From an uncultured Candidatus Saccharibacteria bacterium (lineage in GTDB: Bacteria > Patescibacteriota > Minisyncoccia > Phycocordibacterales > UBA2100): 40,067 bases of DNA. The notes beneath the pieces were generated by a model, which was given only the letters and a program-made list of their open reading frames with translations, had not been told where the DNA came from and did not search any database. This document shows, piece after piece, positions 18,210-28,233 of the stretch. Each line of letters starts with the position of its first letter. Position 1 is the first letter of the stretch. The stretch covers positions 1 to 40,067 of the forward strand of contig CAYIJV010000004.1 of assembly GCA_964363895.1 (NCBI GenBank), written 5' to 3'. Made by a program: the position numbers and the translations under genes.

Positions 18210-19628
18210 CTACTCTTTGCGCGGGAAGAGGTTGGCAGGTTTTTTGTTCTTTAGGATTGCGTCTTCAATAACGCGGCTCGTTTCCGGCATGAACGGTCGT
18301 AGCTGAAACACAATTGAGTACAGCGTTCTGACGGCCTCCTTTATCAACTCCTTACCCTTTTCCGGGTCGTCCTTGATAACGCCGAAGGGCTTCGTCTCAT
18401 TAATGAACCTGTCGAGACCTTGCGCTAGATTCCATACATATTCCAAGTAGCGATCGAAGCGGAACGTCTTATCCAATTCGCTGAAAATACCCTCAGGCAT
18501 CACTACCGGCTCCTGGACATATTTTTCCGAGAGGGTGAGGACTCGCGCAACGAGATTTCCCAGCCCATTGGCGAGATCTGCGTTGTACGTTTCTTTGAAC
18601 TTATCCATCGTCACATCCGAATCTTCAAACGGGTGCACTTGCCGCGCGAGAAAATAGCGAAGTGCATCGGTCCCGTACTCTGCGACGATGGCGAGCGGGT
18701 CGATAACGTTACCTAGAGACTTGCTCATCTTCTGTCCGCCGCTCGTGATGAAGCCGTGGTAGAGGACTTGTTTCGTGGTTGGTAGTCCGGCAGACATAAG
18801 CATCGCCTGCCACATTATGGATTGGAAGCGTACCTGGTCTTTGCCTGCAAGCTGTAGTGTCTCGCCTTTTTCCCAGAATTTCTCGAATTTCCCCTCTTTG
18901 TCTTCAGGCCAGCCAAGTGTCGAAATGTAATTCGTGAGCGCATCAAACCATACGTACATGACCTGCGAATCGTCGCCCGGCACGGGAATGCCCCACGACA
19001 TTTTTTCTTTCACGCGCGAAATGCTGAAATCTTCCAATCCCCCTTTCACGAAGTTGATGGCTTCTTGTCTGCGCCATTCGGGAACCACAACTCCATCCGT
19101 AGCTAGGTATGTTTCCAACGGTTTCTGGTATTTGCTGAGTTTGAAAAAATAATTCTCCTCCTCTATCTCCACCGGCTCCATCGTCGGATGATTGGGACAT
19201 TTCCCGTTGACTAATTCGGTCTCTTTGATAAATGCCTCGTCGCCCACGCAGTAGAGTCCTTTGTATTTCTTTTTGTAAATGTCACCGGCTTTCTCGCAGC
19301 GCTTCCAGAGCTCCTGTGCTGCTTTCACATGGTCCGCATCCGTCGTGCGGATGAAGGCATCATACGAAAGGTCGAGTGCCTCTTTTAGTTTCTTAAACTC
19401 TCCCGCAAAGTGGTCCACGTACTCCTGCACATCGCGCCCCTCTTCTTTTGCCTTTTGTGCTATCTTCTGCCCATGCTCGTCGGTGCCAGTGTTGAAAAAG
19501 ACATCATCGCCCATCAGTCGGCGATACCGAGCGATGATATCGGCCTGCACCATTTCAAGCGCAAAACCGATATGCGGCTCGGCATTCACGTACGGCAAGG
19601 TCGTCGTGAGAAAGAGCGCCTTAGCCAT
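18210..19628 (-). CDS. metG: Methionine--tRNA ligase (short form)
   Basis: LPYVNAEPHIGFA, GTDEHGQK, YVWFDAL, KMSKS. Confidence 0.97.
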   Translation of the reverse strand: MAKALFLTTTLPYVNAEPHIGFALEMVQADIIARYRRLMGDDVFFNTGTDEHGQKIAQKAKEEGRDVQEYVDHFAGEFKKLKEALDLSYDAFIRTTDADHVKAAQELWKRCEKAGDIYKKKYKGLYCVGDEAFIKETELVNGKCPNHPTMEPVEIEEENYFFKLSKYQKPLETYLATDGVVVPEWRRQEAINFVKGGLEDFSISRVKEKMSWGIPVPGDDSQVMYVWFDALTNYISTLGWPEDKEGKFEKFWEKGETLQLAGKDQVRFQSIMWQAMLMSAGLPTTKQVLYHGFITSGGQKMSKSLGNVIDPLAIVAEYGTDALRYFLARQVHPFEDSDVTMDKFKETYNADLANGLGNLVARVLTLSEKYVQEPVVMPEGIFSELDKTFRFDRYLEYVWNLAQGLDRFINETKPFGVIKDDPEKGKELIKEAVRTLYSIVFQLRPFMPETSRVIEDAILKNKKPANLFPRKE

Positions 19629-19632
19629 AGCG

Positions 19633-20694
19633 TTAATTTTCAAATTGACTCCCTAGGCGACCGCTCTCAATATCACGTGCAAGCTCTTGAATTGTCGCCG
19701 CCACGGGCACAGATAGAATGACGCCAAGAAATCCTGCGAGTTCGAAACCTATAAAGAGCGCGAGAATTATGAGCAAGGGTGGCACACCTACCACTCGCGT
19801 AACAACGAGAGGATAGATGAGATGGTTTTCAAATTGCTGGAAAATCACATACAACGCAATGACAAGGACTCCTATCGTGACACCGCCGTCTGCAAATCCA
19901 ATGAGAACTGCGGGGACTGCCGACAAAACAGGCCCGAAAACCGGAATAATCTCAAAGACCGCTGCGATGACAGCAAGAAGCAACGCATGCTTCACACCAA
20001 GAATCGTGAGTCCGAGATAGACCAGCACCCCCATAATCAACGCTAGGATGAGTTGTCCTTGCATCCAGAGGCCGATTTTTTGCTGCGAGCGACGCCACAG
20101 ATCAAGAATGTAGCTTTGATGCTTTTTGGGAGCGATGAGCCTTAAAAAGTCGTCTACCCCCGTCTCGATTACGGCAAAATAGAAAGAGAACACGATAATC
20201 AAGACAAAGGAGAAGATGCCTCCGAATATCCGAGCGAACGCACCGAATGCGTTACCGAGCGTGCCGCTTATATCAAATGTGCTCCTGATATTCGCCATTA
20301 TATCGCCGGACGAAATCGCCGAAGGAATAGGAGTGCCTAAGATGTTGGCATACGTATCGAACGCGCCACTTCGACTAAACATATCAATGTATGCCGGTAG
20401 GGAAGAAATGAATGCCGCGAAATCCTCAAGTACCGAGGGGAAGAAGAAATAAAAGAGACCGAAAAACACGCCGAAAAGGATGAGATAGATGATGATAACC
20501 GCAAGAATACGAGGAATGCTTCTTCGCATTAGTGCTATCACGCCCGGTTCGATTGCAGAAGCTATAACAATAGCGACCACAACATCAAGAACAATGTTGC
20601 GAATAGTAAACAGAAGCCAAACACCAATTAAAATGAGAGCGGTCTTCAAGACTGTACCCGCCGTAATGGAAATGTTGATATGGCGGCCTTCCAT
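19633..20694 (-). CDS. AI-2E/PerM family transporter
   Basis: Multi-TM protein with IIPVFGP, QQFENHLIYP and GVILSVPVAA. Confidence 0.92.
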   Translation of the reverse strand: MEGRHINISITAGTVLKTALILIGVWLLFTIRNIVLDVVVAIVIASAIEPGVIALMRRSIPRILAVIIIYLILFGVFFGLFYFFFPSVLEDFAAFISSLPAYIDMFSRSGAFDTYANILGTPIPSAISSGDIMANIRSTFDISGTLGNAFGAFARIFGGIFSFVLIIVFSFYFAVIETGVDDFLRLIAPKKHQSYILDLWRRSQQKIGLWMQGQLILALIMGVLVYLGLTILGVKHALLLAVIAAVFEIIPVFGPVLSAVPAVLIGFADGGVTIGVLVIALYVIFQQFENHLIYPLVVTRVVGVPPLLIILALFIGFELAGFLGVILSVPVAATIQELARDIESGRLGSQFEN

Positions 20695-20730
20695 GCCCGC
20701 ATCGTAACATAGCCGATTTAAACGACCAGC

Positions 20731-22065
20731 TTAATTTGCTTCAGAAATACGCAACGAAAGATCATCTATGCTGACGCGCTCTTGTTCTCCTGTATTGCGA
20801 TCGCGTACCGTGACAGTATTTTCGAGCTCTGGAGTCTCTCCGAGAGTATCAAAATCGATGGTGATGCAATGCGGGGTGCCGATTTCATCTTGTCTGCGAT
20901 ATCGCTTGCCAATATTGCCATTGTCGTCCCACATGATCTGCGGTGTCTGCTTTTTGAGCATCACATAGATTTCGCGGGCCTTGGCGACAAGTTCGGGCTT
21001 ATTTTTCAAAAGAGGAAAGACGGCGGCCTTGATGGGCGCAATCGCCCGGTTGAACTTGAGATACGTGCGCACCTCGCCTCCAAGCTCGTCTTCTGTATAC
21101 GCCGATGTAAGAATCGCAAGAATCGTCCGATCTACGCCAAATGATGGCTCGATGACGTGAGGTATAAATCTCTGTCCCCCACCTTCCGGTGAATCATCGA
21201 GGTACGAGAGATCGACTCCCGAAGCTTTTGCATGAGCAGAAAGATCGAAGTCCGTGCGATACGCGAGACCCCAAAGTTCCTTCTGTCCAAATGGATATTC
21301 GAATTCCGTGTCCACGCCTTGACTCGAGTAATGTGCCCTGTCTGTATCTGCAACGTCTACTTGATTAATGCGCTCTCGTGAGAGTCCGATTGAATCCGCG
21401 AATCCTAACATGTTCAGACTCCATTCCTCAAAACGCTCTTTCCAATCGTCCGGACGAACAAAGTACTCTATTTCCATCTGCTCGAATTCGCGGGAACGGA
21501 AGATGAAATCGCGTGGTGCTATTTCGTTACGAAATGCTTTTCCGATTTGCGCGATGCCAAATGGCAATTTTGGATGGAAACTATCGACAACATTCTTAAA
21601 ATTGACGAAGATGCCCCCCGCCGTTTCAGGACGCAAATAGGAAACCGACGATTCGTCTTCTGTAGCGCCCACATGTGTTTTGAACATCATGTTGAATTGT
21701 CGTACTTCACCAAGTCCGCCCCCGCATTCAGGGCATCCACTGTCCGGAGGACTCGCCACTTGATCCGCCCGAAACCTTCGTTTGCATTTTTTGCACTCTA
21801 CAAGCGGATCAGAGAATCCGCTCACATGTCCGGATGCTTCCCACACCTTCGAGTTCATCAGAATTGCCGCATCCAAGCCGTACATGTCATCACGATCCTG
21901 CACGAACATTCTCCACCAGAGTTGTTTGACATTATTTTTCAATTCAACTCCCAATGGACCGTAGTCCCACATACCCGAAAGTCCGCCATAAATCTCGCTG
22001 CCGGGATAGATAAAACCGCGGCGTTTTGCCAGCGATATGATTTTCTCCATGGTCACATCGGTCAT
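20731..22065 (-). CDS. glyS: Glycine--tRNA ligase, homodimeric (alpha2) type
   Basis: KRRGFIYPGSEIYGG, YLRPETAGG, GKAFRNEI, REFEQME, IEPSFG, GKRYRRQDEIGTP. Start 22065 is supported by a -10 box 7 nt upstream. Confidence 0.97.
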   Translation of the reverse strand: MTDVTMEKIISLAKRRGFIYPGSEIYGGLSGMWDYGPLGVELKNNVKQLWWRMFVQDRDDMYGLDAAILMNSKVWEASGHVSGFSDPLVECKKCKRRFRADQVASPPDSGCPECGGGLGEVRQFNMMFKTHVGATEDESSVSYLRPETAGGIFVNFKNVVDSFHPKLPFGIAQIGKAFRNEIAPRDFIFRSREFEQMEIEYFVRPDDWKERFEEWSLNMLGFADSIGLSRERINQVDVADTDRAHYSSQGVDTEFEYPFGQKELWGLAYRTDFDLSAHAKASGVDLSYLDDSPEGGGQRFIPHVIEPSFGVDRTILAILTSAYTEDELGGEVRTYLKFNRAIAPIKAAVFPLLKNKPELVAKAREIYVMLKKQTPQIMWDDNGNIGKRYRRQDEIGTPHCITIDFDTLGETPELENTVTVRDRNTGEQERVSIDDLSLRISEAN

Positions 22066-22090
22066 GTGAGTGAGTGTATCAAACCTGTGG

Positions 22091-24052
22091 CTATTTAACG
22101 ACCGTTGAATTGGCGGAGCTGAAGCCGGGATCACTCTGAATATTTGTCGTTACGTTCTTCACGCTCCGGGTAATCGGGGCTTTTGTAGCTTCATCGGTGC
22201 CGGTCAAAGAAATATTCTGAAGCAGTGGCGGTTCTTGACCGATTTGGGAGGTAGACGGCGTGAAGCCGATTGCGATAGCCGCTTGGCGTGGCGTGGTTCC
22301 ATTCAATCCTACCCCAGGTGCTATGTCACCAATATCCCAGATGACAGTGCCGTCATTTTGATTGAAGGTGATGTTTTCGGAAGACGGACGATAGATCCCT
22401 ACCCAGCGCACATAAGGCGGAAGGTGCGCTGTGACCTTAGCTCCTGATATCTTGTTCGTCGTATTTGTGACCGTAAACACCATGGCGTAGGTCGTTTCCA
22501 TGCCGGCTTTTGCTGGCATTGGCCCAACGCTCCCAAATGGATTTGCATAGTAGAGACCCTGCGCGGTAAGCACTATATCGCTCGCGAGCGAGATCTTCTG
22601 GTTGGCGCTCGACTGTAAATTCTCCGGCACACCCGTTTCCGATATGCGCTTACCAGCAGCGTTAATAGAAATGTTCAGTTGCGGACTAAGAATACCGCCG
22701 AGCTCATCACTTTTCGGCACTTGAAATGAGAACCCGACCGTACCGCGCGCACCCGGAGCCAAGCTTGCGAGCGCTCCCCCACTTGTTGTCTTGTCCCAGA
22801 GCATAATGTTGTCATTGGATCTATAGAAGCCATCGGTTGTGTGTACCGTTGTACCGTCAATAATCAGCCCCGAGAGCTTCGCTACAATAACCGCATCCGT
22901 TATTGCGGTCGGAAGATTATTTCCCCACGCAATAGAGACAGAGACATTATCGCCCGGAGAAACAGTCACGTTGGGCCCGGTCGCTCCACCAACAGAAATC
23001 GCAAGACCGAGGAATGGTTTCGATATTGAAATGGGAAATGCATTATCGGCAAGTACTGTCTCGATCGTGGTTGAAGCCGTATTTCTCCGCGTGCCAGCAG
23101 TAAAGCGAAAGACCCGATCGTCACCCTGCTCGCCAGAAAGCGCGCCCCGAATCGTCACTGTCCGCTTTTTTCCTGGTGCCAAATCCCCAATCAGCCAAAA
23201 TCCGCTTTGAGCAGACTGAGAGGCGCTCGGAGCAGGGGAAGCGGATGAAAATTTAAAACCAAACGGATATTGCGCACTCAAGAGCACATCCTTGACTGGA
23301 GCATTTGCATTGGAAGAGACGGAAATGGTTATCTCGACAGGTTGACCCGATATGGTTTCATTATTTCCTTCAACCGCAAGCGATAGCGGAGACGAGCTAA
23401 AAACGACATTGTAATCAGATGACGTAACGAAAATCGCACTCGAACCTTGAATCCTATACTCAAGCTCAACTTTGATGTTGGAATGCTCTCCTTCGTGTCC
23501 GGCGAGAACTGCAGGAACTATACCCTGACGAGTTCCACCCGCTTCAATCGATCCGAGTGGAATACGTTGACTCGGAAGATCGGTCGCAAAATCTGTCGGT
23601 GAACGCGTACCATCCGGATACGTAATGATGAGATCGGCAAGTTCAAGCGAAACTTTATTCTTATTTGCGACAATAATTTGAAGCTCTGTGAGAGTACCGC
23701 CTTCTATTTGCGGGGGACCTGAAATAGAGATATCAATATTACCTGATGCAGCAGCAATACTTCCCCCGCCAATAAGGAAATGATAGGAAAAAAACGATAT
23801 CGCACCGATGAAAAAAAGTATGGCTCCGCCCAACAGCCACCAGAGCGCCGTACGTGCAAACCCTATCGTTCGCGGCGCCACAACAGTACCCTCGACCTGC
23901 TCTTGCCGCTCGATAAAGTTCTCCCCGATTGCCTGTTCGGCTTGCTCGAGAGGGCGCCGCGGACGATCCTTAAGCTTGTCTGAGAGCGACCGCGAGTACA
24001 TGGCACGCCGTAAACGCTCTATTTTTTCCTTCTCGTGTTCCGAGGGATCCAT
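22091..24052 (-). CDS. Single-pass membrane protein with several extracellular Ig-like (DUF11-like) domains
   Basis: Charged N-terminus, one TM helix, and repeated beta-sandwich motifs (WLIGDLAPG, LASLAPGARG, WDIGDIAPG). Confidence 0.8.
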   Translation of the reverse strand: MDPSEHEKEKIERLRRAMYSRSLSDKLKDRPRRPLEQAEQAIGENFIERQEQVEGTVVAPRTIGFARTALWWLLGGAILFFIGAISFFSYHFLIGGGSIAAASGNIDISISGPPQIEGGTLTELQIIVANKNKVSLELADLIITYPDGTRSPTDFATDLPSQRIPLGSIEAGGTRQGIVPAVLAGHEGEHSNIKVELEYRIQGSSAIFVTSSDYNVVFSSSPLSLAVEGNNETISGQPVEITISVSSNANAPVKDVLLSAQYPFGFKFSSASPAPSASQSAQSGFWLIGDLAPGKKRTVTIRGALSGEQGDDRVFRFTAGTRRNTASTTIETVLADNAFPISISKPFLGLAISVGGATGPNVTVSPGDNVSVSIAWGNNLPTAITDAVIVAKLSGLIIDGTTVHTTDGFYRSNDNIMLWDKTTSGGALASLAPGARGTVGFSFQVPKSDELGGILSPQLNISINAAGKRISETGVPENLQSSANQKISLASDIVLTAQGLYYANPFGSVGPMPAKAGMETTYAMVFTVTNTTNKISGAKVTAHLPPYVRWVGIYRPSSENITFNQNDGTVIWDIGDIAPGVGLNGTTPRQAAIAIGFTPSTSQIGQEPPLLQNISLTGTDEATKAPITRSVKNVTTNIQSDPGFSSANSTVVK

Positions 24053-24124
24053 TGAATAAATATACCACGATGGCGTGACTCGTTCGGCCCTTAAGATGGC
24101 CGCAAACTCTGCGTTGTGGAGATA

Positions 24125-24562
24125 TTACAGCTCCAGACGATACGCGTTCGTCTTTTTCTGGATGAATCCCACCTTCTGATACAGCTTGTTTCCCGCGATG
24201 CGCTCCGGACGAGAAGTGAGACCGATGGTCTGTATCTTTTTCGTTCGAGCTACCGCGATTAATTTCCTTACTATCATTTCTCCCAGCCCTTGCCCGCGAA
24301 AATCGCTATCCACCACAACATCCTCGACATACGCTATGCGTCTGCCAAGTTTCGGGACAATATATAGTGATCCAACTCCAACGATGCGTTTTCCGTTCTT
24401 CGCTATGACAATCACTATATTTTTGTTGGCAACAATCCTCTTAAGCTCAGAAAGCGTTGCCAATCTCGCACGTGATCGATGCTGACGAAGTTGCCTCATG
24501 AGGTGATTGAGGTCTGCCAGTTCTTTTGCTGAGACCTTTGAGAGCGTAGTAATCGTATTCAT
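24125..24562 (-). CDS. GNAT-family N-acetyltransferase
   Basis: VEDVVVDSDFRGQGLG acetyl-CoA motif and NKLYQKVGF. Confidence 0.92.
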   Translation of the reverse strand: MNTITTLSKVSAKELADLNHLMRQLRQHRSRARLATLSELKRIVANKNIVIVIAKNGKRIVGVGSLYIVPKLGRRIAYVEDVVVDSDFRGQGLGEMIVRKLIAVARTKKIQTIGLTSRPERIAGNKLYQKVGFIQKKTNAYRLEL

Positions 24563-24603
24563 ATGCAGACAATATACTCACACGCACAGATATGCAACGG
24601 GGA

Positions 24604-25197
24604 TTATAGCTGAGTTTCCTCAATCGCACGGTTAATGGAGGAAAGTAATTTGTCACGAATTATTTCTGCCTCAAGCAAGTACTCACCTGCGTAGGCGGTG
24701 TGAGTGAAAAGAGCAGTCTCGAGAGCTTCGGCCGAGAGATAGCCGAGCGCAAAAAGTACGCGCGCGACGCAAACGATTTCAATTGTCCCAAATATGTCCT
24801 GCTCTCCCAAAGCGGATCGGCCTTGGGCGGACATCAGGGCATCGTGTGCCTCTGCGAGCACGGCAAATAGATAGTCATTTTTCTCTTCGCCGTGCACGAG
24901 CCGTATAGTGAGCTCGGAAATGCGCGCGAATGCGGCAACTCCTTGCCTATTGCCATGTGCATTTTTAATAGCAGATGCTCCCGCCATGCGCCAGCCACTC
25001 TTTCCTCGCACCAAAGCCGCATTCGCGCGCGTATAATTTTGCAGTGCGTAGCGCATCCTAGAACGTTCCGTTCGGACTGCGCTTGCACGCGCCCGGACAA
25101 GACCAAACTGGCGTGTGAAGAGCACGAACACGCGGTCGTTCTCGCCGCTTTCGCGGCTTCCGAGAACCAAGGCGTCTGCTTGATATTTTTGATACAT
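24604..25197 (-). CDS. recO: DNA repair protein RecO (short form)
   Basis: N-terminal OB fold ALVLGSRESGENDRVFVLFTRQFGLVRARA...SRMR. It sits near glyS, as is common. Confidence 0.85.
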   Translation of the reverse strand: MYQKYQADALVLGSRESGENDRVFVLFTRQFGLVRARASAVRTERSRMRYALQNYTRANAALVRGKSGWRMAGASAIKNAHGNRQGVAAFARISELTIRLVHGEEKNDYLFAVLAEAHDALMSAQGRSALGEQDIFGTIEIVCVARVLFALGYLSAEALETALFTHTAYAGEYLLEAEIIRDKLLSSINRAIEETQL

Positions 25198-25200
25198 GGT

Positions 25201-28200
25201 TCAGCTCTCCTTAGTTCGCACAAGGCGTATGTCAGAAATCCCCACACCTTCTTCCTTACTCAACTCAACACGCAGGAGTGTTTTTGTTTCTTTCTGAATA
25301 TGAGCAATATTTCGTTCTATTACTCTCTTTATATCTGCCGATACCTCAACAATTATCTCCTCAACGTTATGCGGACTCATTTTTTGCCCTTTACGCCAAT
25401 CTTGGATTGAACGAACACACCAGCGAACTGTCCCCTCCTCGCGTAATTGATCCGTGATTGTCGTGTCGAGTGCCACCACATCGCCCGATTCGATCTCTTT
25501 TACGTTCACCTCGTCACGGATAATCTGAAGGAGCGCTTCTTTGTCTTTCCCTGTTAACTGTTTACTGTTCACGGTCAACTTCTGCAATGGCTGTCGGACC
25601 TTGATCTTTGCCGTGTCACGCGCCTCAAGCGCTTTTGTCACAATTGCTCGGGCGGCGCGCATCGTTTCAAGGAGTTTCTCATCATCTCTCCCAAAGAGTC
25701 GCGCCAGAAGACTCGTCTGATGCGAGATGTCGGGCCACGTAGCCAGATGCACGCTCTCCTCATCTTCCCCTTCACGCACTGCTTGGAATAAGTGTTCGGC
25801 AAAGAATGGCATCGAGGGTGCCATGACGAGCGACAATCGGTGCAGGACATATCGCAAGGTCGCGAGCGCGGCAACTTTATCCGGACTTTCTTCCTTGAAT
25901 CGCTCGCGCGAGCGGCGCAGGTACCACACCGAAAGGTCATCGATAAATCCTGCGATCGGACGAGTGGCCACATCGAGTTGGTATTTCTCAAACCCGCTCG
26001 TTGTTTCCTGTATCAACTCGTCGAGCCGCGCGATTATCCACTTGTCGAGAATGTTCTCACTTTTCCAATCGCGCTCGGTACCATTCTCATACAACTGATA
26101 GAACGCGAGTACGTTGCCGAGACGGCCGAGATTCTTCTTGAGCGCTTCGTCGACTCCCTTCTCGGAGAAGCTCAAATTTTCGGCCTGCATGACCGGCGAT
26201 GAGAGAAGGTAGAGCCGCAGCGCGTCTGCGCCGTATTTCTCGACGATTTCTATCGGGTCCGGATAATTCTGCAATTTCTTCGCCATCTTTTTACCATCCT
26301 CTGCCAATACGATGCCATTTACGATGACATTTTGAAAGGCACTTTTCTCAAAAAGCGCTCCGCCGAGGACATGGAGGTAATAGAACCACGCACGGGTTTG
26401 ATCCAGTCCTTCCGCGATGAATTGTGCAGGAAATGCATCATCAAATTGTTTCTTGTCCTCAAATGGATAGTGTTTTTCACCATACGGCATCGAGCCCGAA
26501 TCGAACCACGTATCCAACACGTCGGGAATGCGGCGCATCGTGCCACCACACGCACGCCCTTCGACAAGCTCAGGGCAGGGCACCGTGATTTCATCAACAA
26601 CATGCTTGTGGAGGTCGTCTATTTTTTTGCCACTCGCCGTTTCAAGTTCTGATGCGCTCCCAAACACTTTCTCTTTTTTGCATTTTTCACAACGCCAAAG
26701 CGGAATAACGCTCGCCCAAAAGCGCTGGCGGGAAATTGACCAATCACGCGCACCTTCGAGCCAATCGCCGAATCTTCCTTCCTTGATGTGCTCCGGCGAC
26801 CAGTTGATATTCTCGGCATTTTTGAGCAGATTATCTTTTATCTTCGTGACAGATACGAACCACGACGACGTCGCGTAATTAAGCAGCGGCGTATCGCAAC
26901 GCCAGCAATGCGGATATGAATGCGTGATGCTCTCTTTTGAGAAAAACGTCCCGTGTTCTTGCAAATATTTTAATATCGCGATATCCGTGCCGAGCCGCGT
27001 TTTATCGTCATCCGAGCGCGGCTTCACTTCCATCCCCGCAAAATCTTTTACTTCCGGCTTCATCGTGCCGTCCATATTCACGTGCTGTACGAACGGTAAA
27101 TTCTCTCTTTTCAGAAGCTCCCAGTCATCCGCACCAAATGCAGGCGCTTCGTGTGCTATCCCCGTCCCCGCGTCGGTCGTCACAAAATCAGCCGCATATA
27201 CTTTCCAACCGTTCTCGCGATTCTTGAGAGTTTTGTCGTTGCTGTAGTAATCAAATGGCGGCTCATATTCGAGACCAACGAGATTGGAACCTCTTAAAGA
27301 TTTCTCTGTTTCATACCCTTGGTCTTCCGCGCGAGCGAATACTTCTTCTGCTCTTTCCTTAGCAACAACGAAAGTTCCTCCTTGGTCCTTGGCCCAATCA
27401 CCTCCTTGACCATTTATCTTCAAGCTGTGCTCTCCACCGAGTAGATGAACAATGACATATTCGATGCTGGAATTAACAGCGAGTGCCACATTCCCCGGCA
27501 AAGTCCACGGCGTTGTCGTCCACGCGAGCAGATAAACATCGCCAGACAACCCGATTTTCTCCGGATTTTTCACCTTAAACTTCACCGTCACCGCGATGTC
27601 TTTCACGTCCTTGTATCCCTCCGCGACTTCCTGCTGTGAAAGTGTCGTCTCGCAACGCGGACAGATGTGCATCGAGCGGTAGTCCTCGTACACCAATCCT
27701 TTTTCGTAGATCTGTTTGAATACCCACCACACAGATTCCATAAATGGTTTGTCCATCGTGCGGTAGGCGTGCTCCATGTCGGCCCAGCGGCCGATGCGCG
27801 GGATTATCTTTTCCCACTCCTCTGCGTAGGTAAGCACTCGTTCTCTGCAACATTCGTTGAATTTCGCGATGCCGTATTTCTTGATGTCTTTCTTATGCTT
27901 AAAACCAAGTTCTTTTTCGACAATGTTCTCTATGGGCAATCCATGACAGTCCCAACCCCACACGCGTGGTACGTGATAGCCTCGCATGGTCCAGTAGCGC
28001 GGCACGACATCCTTGATGACACTCCCAACGATGTGACCGTAGTGCGGGAGACCGGTTGCAAAGGGCGGACCGTCATAAAACACGAATTCGCCTTCGGGTG
28101 CCGCTTTATCGAGAGATTTCTTGAAAATATTGCGTTCTTTCCAAAACGCGAGAGTAGCCTCTTCGCGCTTCGCGGTCTCGCTTTTTTGTTGCTTTTCAGC

Positions 28201-28203
28201 CAT
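25201..28203 (-). CDS. ileS: Isoleucine--tRNA ligase, type 2
   Basis: DGPPFATGLPHYGH, GWDCHGLP, WTTTPWTLPGN, DWSISRQRFW, FIAEGLDQTR, KMAKK; no C-terminal Zn finger. Confidence 0.97.
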   Translation of the reverse strand: MAEKQQKSETAKREEATLAFWKERNIFKKSLDKAAPEGEFVFYDGPPFATGLPHYGHIVGSVIKDVVPRYWTMRGYHVPRVWGWDCHGLPIENIVEKELGFKHKKDIKKYGIAKFNECCRERVLTYAEEWEKIIPRIGRWADMEHAYRTMDKPFMESVWWVFKQIYEKGLVYEDYRSMHICPRCETTLSQQEVAEGYKDVKDIAVTVKFKVKNPEKIGLSGDVYLLAWTTTPWTLPGNVALAVNSSIEYVIVHLLGGEHSLKINGQGGDWAKDQGGTFVVAKERAEEVFARAEDQGYETEKSLRGSNLVGLEYEPPFDYYSNDKTLKNRENGWKVYAADFVTTDAGTGIAHEAPAFGADDWELLKRENLPFVQHVNMDGTMKPEVKDFAGMEVKPRSDDDKTRLGTDIAILKYLQEHGTFFSKESITHSYPHCWRCDTPLLNYATSSWFVSVTKIKDNLLKNAENINWSPEHIKEGRFGDWLEGARDWSISRQRFWASVIPLWRCEKCKKEKVFGSASELETASGKKIDDLHKHVVDEITVPCPELVEGRACGGTMRRIPDVLDTWFDSGSMPYGEKHYPFEDKKQFDDAFPAQFIAEGLDQTRAWFYYLHVLGGALFEKSAFQNVIVNGIVLAEDGKKMAKKLQNYPDPIEIVEKYGADALRLYLLSSPVMQAENLSFSEKGVDEALKKNLGRLGNVLAFYQLYENGTERDWKSENILDKWIIARLDELIQETTSGFEKYQLDVATRPIAGFIDDLSVWYLRRSRERFKEESPDKVAALATLRYVLHRLSLVMAPSMPFFAEHLFQAVREGEDEESVHLATWPDISHQTSLLARLFGRDDEKLLETMRAARAIVTKALEARDTAKIKVRQPLQKLTVNSKQLTGKDKEALLQIIRDEVNVKEIESGDVVALDTTITDQLREEGTVRWCVRSIQDWRKGQKMSPHNVEEIIVEVSADIKRVIERNIAHIQKETKTLLRVELSKEEGVGISDIRLVRTKES
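26556..26576. repeat. Small palindromic element in-frame within ileS
   Basis: GCCCT-TCGACAAGCTC-AGGGC encodes CPELVEG between two Cys. Confidence 0.7.
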
Positions 28204-28233
28204 TTGTACTATCGTATCATAGGACCAAATCTC

